From NCBI RefSeq assembly GCF_000016745.1, contig NC_009483.1, positions 690,001 to 722,000 of the forward strand: a DNA stretch of 32,000 nucleotides. Reading direction: 5' to 3'. The notes under the pieces were generated by a model. That model did no database searches and was not told where the DNA came from. It saw only the letters and a program-made list of their open reading frames with translations. Position numbers and translations under genes: made by a program. Below, piece after piece: positions 26,301 through 32,000 of the stretch. This DNA is from Geotalea uraniireducens Rf4. Its GTDB lineage: Bacteria; Desulfobacterota; Desulfuromonadia; Geobacterales; Geobacteraceae. The first letter of the stretch is position 1. Each line of letters opens with the position of its first letter.

Positions 26301-26673
26301 TCTGCTTCGCAATGCCGACTCCAAGGCCAAGGGGCTGGGCTTTGCCATGGCTGGCAATTTCTATCCCGACTTTCTGCTCTGGCTGGTGGATGACACCACC
26401 GGTCAGCAATGGCTGAGCTTCATCGATCCGAAGGGAATTCGCCAGATTAATTTGACTGATCCAAAGTTCGGGCTGTATCAGGAAGTCAAAGTGCTGCAAA
26501 CCAAGCTGGCCGATCCAAACCTGGTGCTTAATGCCTTCATACTCTCAAAGACGAAGTTTACGGACATTCTTAACAAGAACTGCACCGAGCAGGAGTTGGA
26601 AGAGCGGCATGTGCTGTTTATGGAGCATGGCGGGCAGGCGTATCTGACGCAGATGTTTAGAAAAATGGTGTGA
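23383..26673 (+). CDS. Type III Res-like SF2 helicase / ATPase fused to a C-terminal PD-(D/E)xK-like nuclease module
   Basis: Start set at ATG 23383, 4 nt after the MTase stop, with SD 'ggggagg' at 23367-23373. Walker A 'NATGSGKTLL', DEAH-like 'LVLVDEGHRG', 'SATF', motifs V/VI 'SRKFTEGWS...' and 'QLFGRGVRLKG'. C-terminal segment: 'SEIEFVKDLE...NFYPDFLLWLVDD...LSFIDPKG'. Confidence 0.8.
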   Translation: MASFHKELVLNRWMYGFFCGGSLQALKARLGDDRHEGIEDDGQTRFFHELSRNLFEVDRISADDLRRYDLNIVNHWQQITRKRNRLEETEMQMKYFQYLSLLFTEIYLDWYFNRRQELLDGLNEEITEYNAKTAIAERFQPFDADELNKLAFWNATGSGKTLLLHINILQYLQYFQRGNQNLYPDKIILLTPNEGLSRQHLAELDLSGFHFFQFFDKNKNAFRGTVEIIDINKLGDEMGDKTVAVEAFEGDNLVLVDEGHRGTGTAAGAWMSRRETLCRGGFAFEYSATFGQAVARGWVVTKSEEEALKKKAKILFETTALKKLTDEQRCQIALNSEEKRKARLLATREIYAKCILFDYSYKFFYEDGYGKESLILNLAEDNDDEIRHIYFTACLLSFYQQQYLWERHREQLAEFNIEKPLWVFVGNKVNDDDSDILTVVQFLADFLNNDAHYKAWISDLLEGKARLLDKKGRDIFERRFTPLMGLSSEMVYADILKRLFNSESRQRLKLVNLKGSKGELSLRVGENDPFGLINIGDDAAFFKLCDDATGFDNEGDEFGTSLFGTLNDKESHLHILIGSRKFTEGWSSWRVSTMGLLNMGQGEGSQIIQLFGRGVRLKGKEYSLKRSTLGQRPKGLHLDKLETLNIFGVRASYMAQFKQYLQEEGVTTSDEIIELNFETRLSPHFPKDKLKSLALKDGYKDNQRNGFKRKQFPWLYDIPAEFAGKIRTPHIELDLYPRLEALSSQDKGVGTPVITVRQTGKIASATMALFDFDRIYMGLQEYKLQRSWSNLRLDRQRLEAFCIESNGWYTLHIPASDLAIKTIADIRKQEDILIRLLQDYTDRFYKSLKNAYEGQFYEVVSVRGDDDTMLKVYHFEIEDSDDGQEYKKRLEELQKLVVSGQLGESSKWNANQMVAICFDRHLYYPLISIEGNVPLKMRPLAFDAPSEIEFVKDLEAFYTSPAGKAAIGNRSLYLLRNADSKAKGLGFAMAGNFYPDFLLWLVDDTTGQQWLSFIDPKGIRQINLTDPKFGLYQEVKVLQTKLADPNLVLNAFILSKTKFTDILNKNCTEQELEERHVLFMEHGGQAYLTQMFRKMV

Positions 26674-26799
26674 GGCCAAGTCGAAATCAAACGATTAAGT
26701 TGTTGCAGCAACCTGTCAACGCCAAAGGCTCAATAATGAGTTGATGCCATGAGAGACCGCAGCCAGGTCGTTTGGTGAAAGCATGGTGAAAGGCGCCGA

Positions 26800-27225
26800 T
26801 CATTCCTTGAACGGATTTACTATGCGCAAGGTCTTTTCAACGATCAGGCCATTATGCATGTCTTCCGTGTAGAGCAGCTTCGCTTCCGCGTGCAGCGCAG
26901 CTGAGACGATAAGGCTGTCCCAGTACGAAAAATTATAGTCGCCTCTCAGGGTCGAAGCGTGAAGGAGTACATCTCTGCTGAATTCGACGACCTCGTACCG
27001 ATTGTAGAACGAAGCAATAATCCCGCAAATATCCTCTTCCTGCAACTCGGTTTTCTTGAGGAGATTGACACACAATTCATTGATAACCTGGGAACTGGTG
27101 GCGATCTTGTGTCCTTCTATCAGGCGCTTTGCCGTGCCGGTCTTGTGGTGGTCATCCGACTGGATGAAGGCGTAAAGCCAGATATTGGTGTCGATGAAGC
27201 ATTTTCTATCGGGCATATATCTCAT
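26800..27225 (-). CDS. vapC: PIN-domain toxin VapC
   Basis: 141 aa. 'CFIDTNIWLYAF' holds the first acidic residue, followed by '...INELCVNL...' and 'WDSLIVSAAL'. It overlaps the upstream small antitoxin gene. An alternative start is M4 at 27216. Confidence 0.85.
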   Translation of the reverse strand: MRYMPDRKCFIDTNIWLYAFIQSDDHHKTGTAKRLIEGHKIATSSQVINELCVNLLKKTELQEEDICGIIASFYNRYEVVEFSRDVLLHASTLRGDYNFSYWDSLIVSAALHAEAKLLYTEDMHNGLIVEKTLRIVNPFKE

Positions 27226-27436
27226 CCCTTTTCAGAGGATGAAACCCTTTTATCTCCAAGGGAGAGGCAAGAAGCCTCTCAATCATGTCAGGCCCCGCCT
27301 TTTTTCCGGCTTCGTGCGCGGTCGCATCTTCTTTCAGAATGATGACCTTGACGGTGTCGGTGATGGAGTCCTTGAATTTTTTAGGGAGCTCGATAATACC
27401 GTTTTTAACTTTTGCTCTGAATTCTACGGCGTACAT
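27206..27436 (-). CDS. vapB: VapB-type antitoxin (small, AbrB/SpoVT-like N-terminus)
   Basis: 76 aa. 'AKVKNGIIELPKKFKDSITDTVKVIILKED' resembles a swapped-hairpin antitoxin N-domain. Strong SD 'gaggagg' precedes the ATG. It is directly upstream of and overlapping vapC. Confidence 0.6.
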   Translation of the reverse strand: MYAVEFRAKVKNGIIELPKKFKDSITDTVKVIILKEDATAHEAGKKAGPDMIERLLASPLEIKGFHPLKRDEIYAR

Positions 27437-27604
27437 TTCTTGTCCTCCTCACGCGTCCATCTCGTTCGGCTGTAATCCTAAGATATATCTGACGATAACA
27501 ATAACCTTTTTCGCGGAATCCGTCAATCAATGGGCGAAAGTGCGGCTTGTCAGGCTTGCATCAAAGACGAAATCCGTTTTTCAGCCGCCAGTTGCTGTAA
27601 TCTG

Positions 27605-27668
27605 GGAAACCATTGGTGCCAGGCTTGGGGAAACCATTGGTGCCAGGAAACCATTGGTGCCAGGCTTG
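27605..27668. repeat. Triple direct tandem repeat (17-nt core AAACCATTGGTGCCAGG)
   Basis: Exact core copies at 27607-27623, 27631-27647 and 27648-27664. Copies 1 and 3 are both followed by 'cttg'. Copies 2 and 3 abut directly. The array is intergenic, about 170-230 bp upstream of vapB. Confidence 0.85.
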
Positions 27669-28106
27669 CAACAGTGCAATTTAGATATCTAAAAAGTACC
27701 TGGCTACACCCTGACAAAACAAAAAAAAGCCACCCAGTCAGCACCATACTGAAAAGAGCGGCTTCAATGTAACGGGGAACCAATAGGGGCGGCATGCTCC
27801 AGCTTGGCGTCTATGCAAGCAGGGTCTTGGTAACGATGGGTAATATCAACAAGTCAGAGGGCGGCTAAAAACTTGTTGGGGTTTTCAGAGAAAAGAGGGA
27901 AATTGTCAGTGGTCAGGATAACCGGGCAGACATCGGGAAAATGTTTCATGAATGCTTCAAGACCTTTTGCGGATTTTCGCCGGCATCACTATTTGGAAGG
28001 TTGGTCTAGTAAAATCACTAGCCTTAGCTTGTGAATCATTTACACCATTTGACCAACCTCTGCAATGCTTTTGACTTGTTACTTTTGTTTCAGTGAGAAT
28101 AGAACT

Positions 28107-28275
28107 CTAGGAGCCTGTCGGACTTAGGAATGAATCTACTGCGAGAACGGAAAATCGGTCCATATTTCCGGAAATTTTCGACAAATAGGTCCACTATTCG
28201 CTCTCAAATTTCCGAAAATCTGTCCTCGATTTGCCATTCTCTCGCTACGATTCCCTAAGTCCGACAGACTCCTAG
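28107..28275. repeat. MITE-like long imperfect palindrome (169 bp)
   Basis: Left end: CTAGGAGCCTGTCGGACTTAGGAATGAATCTACTGCGAGAACGGAAAATCG. Reverse complement of the right end: CTAGGAGTCTGTCGGACTTAGGGAATCGTAGCGAGAGAATGGCAAATCG. 21 of the first 22 nt match, then blocks match with indels. No ORF is present, and the element sits in an AT-rich spacer. Confidence 0.55.
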
Positions 28276-28654
28276 TAAAATGGTCTTATTGAGACCAGTT
28301 ATAAATCTGACATTCGGTTTTTCAATTTCCATAAAATGATTTATGCGAGAAATCAGCAATGAATAATCGTTTTCCTGCGTATAAAATGATTTTTCTACAT
28401 ATATTCCTTACCCACCACTTTTTTCGTCTTCAAAAAGCCATCATTTAGGCAAGTCTGCGCATAATATGTTGAAATTACGCAGTGCAGTCTGTGGTACTGC
28501 TATGAAGGAGGGACACCTCCTGAACGGCCGTGATAAATCAAAATCTACCGAATACATGTATGATAATCAATAAATAAGTTTTTGTGCTTGATATAGTTGT
28601 ATATTTGCGTTTATCATAATATGCAATCATTTTTTTACCATTTGAGGTGATAAA

Positions 28655-30193
28655 ATGCACAAGATTCCTTACAATCAGAAGCCCGTTGGGTACGGAGAAT
28701 TGATTCGGCGCCTTTCCCTGAACATTCTGCCCCATTACGTGACATCGTTTGTCACTGATGGAAAGGGAAGACGCCATACGGTTATAGATCGGCACATACG
28801 AAAAGAAGTATATCCTCTCCCCTATTACCCGGGTGAAAGCCTGGGCGATCATCTTACGTTCGCGCTCAAATATGAAGGAGTCAACCTGGAGATACTTGCC
28901 GCGGTTTTTCAGACCGTATCACCCCACGAAATCGAGGCCATCGTCCGAGAGACCCCGACCGGCAAATATGCCCGTCAGATCTGGTTTCTTTACGAATTCC
29001 TCACGGGAAAAGAGCTGGACTTGGAACCGGTCAAGGTAGCCAATTACATCGACATATTGGACGAGGATCAGTACGTCACGGCCCGGAAAGAGCCGGTGCC
29101 CCGACAAAGAATCAACAACAATCTGCTTGGTGAACGCCGTTTTTGCCCCATGGTCCGCAGAACGGATGAGCTCAAAAGATACCAGGAGATCGATTTTCAT
29201 GCGCGCACGAAGGAAGTGGTCGGCAGGTACCCGAAAGAAATCCTGCAGCGGGCCGTTACCTATCTTTTCACGAAAGAAACCAAGTCGTCATTCGAGATTG
29301 AGCGGGCCACCCCTGACCAGAAACGGGCGGCACGTTTCGTGGAACTGCTGAGACATGCAGAGGAAATGGACTTCTTTACCAAAGAGAGCCTGATAGAGCT
29401 TCAAAAGGCGGTGGTCGATGCGAGGTTCGCAAACGACGACTTCCGGAAGAATCAGAACTATATCGGAGAATCGTTGGGTTTTGGCCGGGAAAACGTTCAC
29501 TTCGTCACCCCACGGCCGGATGACCTTCCTGATCTGATGGACGGAATGTTCGTCTGCCATGAAAAGATGATGATCTCGGGGGTACATCCGGTCATAGCAG
29601 CGACTATCGTCGCCTTCGGCTTTGTCTTTATGCATCCTTTTGAAGACGGCAACGGGAGGATCCATCGGTTTCTGATCCACAACATCCTGGCGAAGAGAGG
29701 ATTTACGCCGCAGGGGATGATCTTCCCCGTTTCGGCTACCCTTGTCCAAAACATGATAAATTACGACCAGGCACTTGAGCTCTTCTCAAAACCTCTCCTT
29801 CCCCTGATCGACTACGACATGGACGAATCGGGCCAGATGCGGGTGAAGAACGATACCGCCATTCATTATCGGTACATCGACATGACGGCAATAGCGGAAA
29901 GAATGTTCGGTTTCATAGAAAAGACTGTCGAAAAGGAACTGGTTTCCGAGTTGGACCTCCTGGTCAATTATGAAAGGGCCAAGTCAACCATGCGGGAGGT
30001 AGTCGACATGCCTGACAGGATGATTGATCTGTTCATACGGATATGCCGTGAGAACGGGGGGAGGATTTCCCTGAACAAACGAAAGTCCCTGTTCGACAAG
30101 CTAACCGATGAAGAGGTTGCTGCACTGGAGGAATGTGTCAGCCAGGCATTCGGGCTGAATTCCAACGGTTCTTCGGCCGACCGGAATAATTAG
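28655..30193 (+). CDS. Fic/DOC family protein (putative AMPylase or other NMP/phosphocholine transferase)
   Basis: 512 aa. Canonical Fic motif HxFx(D/E)GNGRxxR as 'HPFEDGNGRIHR' at 29633-29668. An upstream inhibitory-helix-like 'SFEIER' is at about 29288-29305. SD 'gaggtg' precedes the ATG. Confidence 0.9.
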   Translation: MHKIPYNQKPVGYGELIRRLSLNILPHYVTSFVTDGKGRRHTVIDRHIRKEVYPLPYYPGESLGDHLTFALKYEGVNLEILAAVFQTVSPHEIEAIVRETPTGKYARQIWFLYEFLTGKELDLEPVKVANYIDILDEDQYVTARKEPVPRQRINNNLLGERRFCPMVRRTDELKRYQEIDFHARTKEVVGRYPKEILQRAVTYLFTKETKSSFEIERATPDQKRAARFVELLRHAEEMDFFTKESLIELQKAVVDARFANDDFRKNQNYIGESLGFGRENVHFVTPRPDDLPDLMDGMFVCHEKMMISGVHPVIAATIVAFGFVFMHPFEDGNGRIHRFLIHNILAKRGFTPQGMIFPVSATLVQNMINYDQALELFSKPLLPLIDYDMDESGQMRVKNDTAIHYRYIDMTAIAERMFGFIEKTVEKELVSELDLLVNYERAKSTMREVVDMPDRMIDLFIRICRENGGRISLNKRKSLFDKLTDEEVAALEECVSQAFGLNSNGSSADRNN

Positions 30194-30279
30194 GGACACT
30201 CAACCACAAAACGGTGGAAATCAACTTCTTCCTGCTCGAAATCCCACCCGAAAAAGCCCATTACCCCATCTAACTACCA

Positions 30280-30309
30280 TTGACGATTGCTTGTGCCGGA
30301 TGATATGCT
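30280..30309 (+). promoter_or_regulatory. Putative sigma70 promoter for the downstream SNF2 gene
   Basis: TTGACG (30280-30285), an 18-nt spacer, then TATGCT (30304-30309), about 65 nt upstream of the GTG at 30376. Confidence 0.3.
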
Positions 30310-30375
30310 ACGGCTGCGGTAAAACATATTTCTTCCCATTCGTTCCGATGCAATGCATAAACAGGTATACGTGCC

Positions 30376-32000
30376 GTGAACCTTACCATCACTCCATCCG
30401 GTCATCTGCTGGTGATCGGCTCATCTGCTTGTGAAACATCCGATGCTGCCATAACCAGTCACTTTTGTGCTGAAGCTATAGCGCAGGCTTTCGCAGATTC
30501 GCAATCCGCGGGAATCATGGCTCTGGCAGGGGGCAAATCCGCTCCTGACTGGCCGCTCCCCTGGATGTTCTGGCGTGATTTCGGCACACGCTATCTTCTC
30601 CTTCTCTGCCAAAGCCAGCCAACTGCCGAACGGCTGGAACCGTTGCCCCCCCTGGATGATGCAACCCTTGCCTGTCTGACCCTGAATATCCCTCCCATGC
30701 CGGGTGCTGAATACTGTACTCCCGATGTGCTCGCAGCTATCTGGACCGATCTCGACACCTGGGCGCTGGATTCGATTGCCCGGCATGCGGAAGGCCTGGT
30801 CGGCTTTCTGCACCGGTATGCGCCGCTCTGGCGCCAGGTGGGGCGGGTCTGTTTCCACCTGGCCGAAAACAAACAGGACCCCGAATTCCCTTTCGCCTTC
30901 ATGGCGACCTATATACCCCGCCTGGGTAAAAACGCCCGTGCCCAGCATCTCCCCCTGAATCAGGCGCTTTGCGAGTATGCCGGCGCCAACAACCGTGAAG
31001 CGCTCCTGCGCCTTCTGGAGCCGGTTCACGAGGCCGGCACCCGCTGCGAGTGGGTACGGGAACTGCTGGAGAGCAACGACATCTATCACCCGCTGGCCTG
31101 GACGCCGGAGGAGGCCTACCCGTTTCTTAAGGATGTGCCTGCCCTTGAGGAGAGCGGCCTGGTGGTGCGTCTGCCGGATTGGTGGAAAAAACGCCCCCGC
31201 CCCCGGGTGCAGGTTGCCATCGGCTCCAACGTCGGAGAAACCCTTTCGGCGCAGGCCTTGCTGGACTTCAGGGTGCAGCTGACCCTGGACGGTGCAGACC
31301 TTACACCGGAGGAAATTGCGGCCCTGACGGCGACCGGGGAGGGGCTTGCGCTTCTGCGGGGGCAGTGGGTCGAGGTGGATGGCGAAAAACTCCGCCAGGC
31401 GCTGGAGCAGTGGCAGCGGGTCGAAGCCGAGGCCGGGGATGGTCTTTCGTTCATGGAAGGGATGCGTCTTCTGGCCGGTGCCCGACGTGACCTGTCCGGC
31501 AATGATCCCACGCTGGATGAAACCGGCTGGGCCTTTGTGGAGGCTGGCGGCCAGTTGCGGGAGATGCTGGCAGGACTGCGGGAGCCGGCCAGGCTGGCAG
31601 CCGTGCAGGCCGGTGACCGGTTGCGGGCGACCCTGCGCCCCTATCAGCAGACCGGCCTCAACTGGCTCTGGTTTCTGTCGGAACTGGGGCTGGGCGCTTG
31701 CCTGGCCGACGACATGGGGCTGGGTAAAACCATCCAGGTCATCTCCCTTTTGCTGGCACAAAAGGGGCGTGCCGGGAAAACCTCTCCCAGCCTGCTGGTG
31801 CTCCCGGCTTCGCTGCTTGCCAACTGGAAGAGCGAGCTGGATCGATTTGCGCCGTCGCTCAAGGTCGTCTGTCTGCATCCGTCGGAGCTGGAACGATCAG
31901 AACGGGAGCGCATTGCCGCTGATCCCGCAGGCGGTCTTGCCTCCGTCGATGCGGTGCTGATCACCTACGGCATGCTGCAGCGCCAGGAGTGGCTCAGAAA
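30376..32000 (+). CDS. Second SNF2-family helicase with an N-terminal SNF2-helicase-associated-like domain (3' partial, runs off the window)
   Basis: Found by hand translation of the frame containing nt 30361 (position mod 3 = 1). It is missing from the track because it has no stop in the window. There is an in-frame TAA at 30358-30360, and the first start is GTG at 30376. Translation begins VNLTITPSGHLLVIGSS...FPFAFMATYIPRLGKNARAQHLPLN and continues to ...LRATLRPYQQTGLNWLWFLSELGLGACLADDMGLGKTIQVISLLL...LLVLPASLLANWKSELDRFAP, which carries SNF2 motifs Q, I and Ia. Confidence 0.85.
   Translation, partial: MNLTITPSGHLLVIGSSACETSDAAITSHFCAEAIAQAFADSQSAGIMALAGGKSAPDWPLPWMFWRDFGTRYLLLLCQSQPTAERLEPLPPLDDATLACLTLNIPPMPGAEYCTPDVLAAIWTDLDTWALDSIARHAEGLVGFLHRYAPLWRQVGRVCFHLAENKQDPEFPFAFMATYIPRLGKNARAQHLPLNQALCEYAGANNREALLRLLEPVHEAGTRCEWVRELLESNDIYHPLAWTPEEAYPFLKDVPALEESGLVVRLPDWWKKRPRPRVQVAIGSNVGETLSAQALLDFRVQLTLDGADLTPEEIAALTATGEGLALLRGQWVEVDGEKLRQALEQWQRVEAEAGDGLSFMEGMRLLAGARRDLSGNDPTLDETGWAFVEAGGQLREMLAGLREPARLAAVQAGDRLRATLRPYQQTGLNWLWFLSELGLGACLADDMGLGKTIQVISLLLAQKGRAGKTSPSLLVLPASLLANWKSELDRFAPSLKVVCLHPSELERSERERIAADPAGGLASVDAVLITYGMLQRQEWLR

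Noticed and set aside
17242-26673. Calling the operon class 1 DISARM or BREX
   Set aside because: An SNF2 + adenine methyltransferase pair resembles DrmD + DrmMI. However, no DUF1998 (DrmB), DrmA-type helicase or PLD (DrmC) gene is present, and the methyltransferase has the Mod-like DPPY...FxGxG order. No PglZ, BrxC or BrxL genes are present for BREX. I kept it as an unclassified Type III-like hybrid.
27605-27668. Tandem repeat read as sigma54 promoters or as a mini CRISPR array
   Set aside because: The reverse complement has TGGCAC (-24), but the -12 position reads TTTC / GTTT and lacks the essential GC, so it is not a credible sigma54 promoter. There are no unique spacers (copies 2 and 3 abut) and the repeat is too short, so it is not CRISPR.
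27870-27965. 31-aa minus-strand ORF (MKHFPDVCPVILTTDNFPLFSENPNKFLAAL), possibly a gene remnant
   Set aside because: It is too short, has an in-frame stop just upstream and no recognisable motif. It could be a decayed fragment, but that cannot be supported from the sequence alone.
30421-31878. 485-aa minus-strand ORF, the longest listed ORF in this region
   Set aside because: The sequence is R/P/G/Q-rich and low-complexity with no motifs. It is exactly antisense to a + strand frame that encodes clear SNF2 motifs (DDMGLGKTIQ, LRPYQ). It is an antisense artefact of GC-rich coding DNA.
13300-32000. Prophage, ICE or integron boundaries (integrase, tRNA, att repeats) for the accessory region
   Set aside because: I looked for tRNA-like cloverleaf sequences, integrase / recombinase ORFs and long direct repeats at the compositional borders and found none. 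The island is therefore described only as a hotspot, not as a defined mobile element.

Overview
GC-rich chromosomal window. By composition and repeat style it looks Geobacter-like (Desulfuromonadota), but that is inference only. It splits into two parts.

**Left part, about 1-13.3 kb: mostly housekeeping.**
- Two secreted beta-helix / carboxypeptidase-regulatory-like proteins on the + strand.
- A minus-strand block: SAM-I riboswitch, metX, recC, an inserted brnT-brnA toxin-antitoxin cassette, recB, a REP-like repeat, recD, then a PilZ gene.

**Right part, about 13.3-32 kb: reads as an accessory / defence island.**
- MNT/HEPN pair.
- A beta-hydroxyacid dehydrogenase plus a tiny coupled membrane ORF.
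- RES-Xre toxin-antitoxin pair.
- A divergently transcribed XRE regulator.
- A large three-gene operon: SNF2 helicase (955 aa), beta-class N6-adenine methyltransferase with long extensions (about 1046 aa), and a Res-like helicase with a C-terminal PD-(D/E)xK-like nuclease (about 1096 aa).
- vapBC, a triple tandem repeat, a MITE-like long palindrome and a 512-aa Fic protein.
- A second SNF2-family helicase that runs off the window end. It is absent from the supplied ORF track because it has no stop codon in the window.

**Most interesting candidate.** The XRE + SNF2 + methyltransferase + helicase-nuclease module at 16.8-26.7 kb. Its composition fits neither canonical Type III R-M, class 1 DISARM nor BREX.

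**Limits.** All family calls rest on motifs read by eye in the translations. No database search was possible. Many long ORFs in the track are antisense or out-of-frame artefacts of high GC content.
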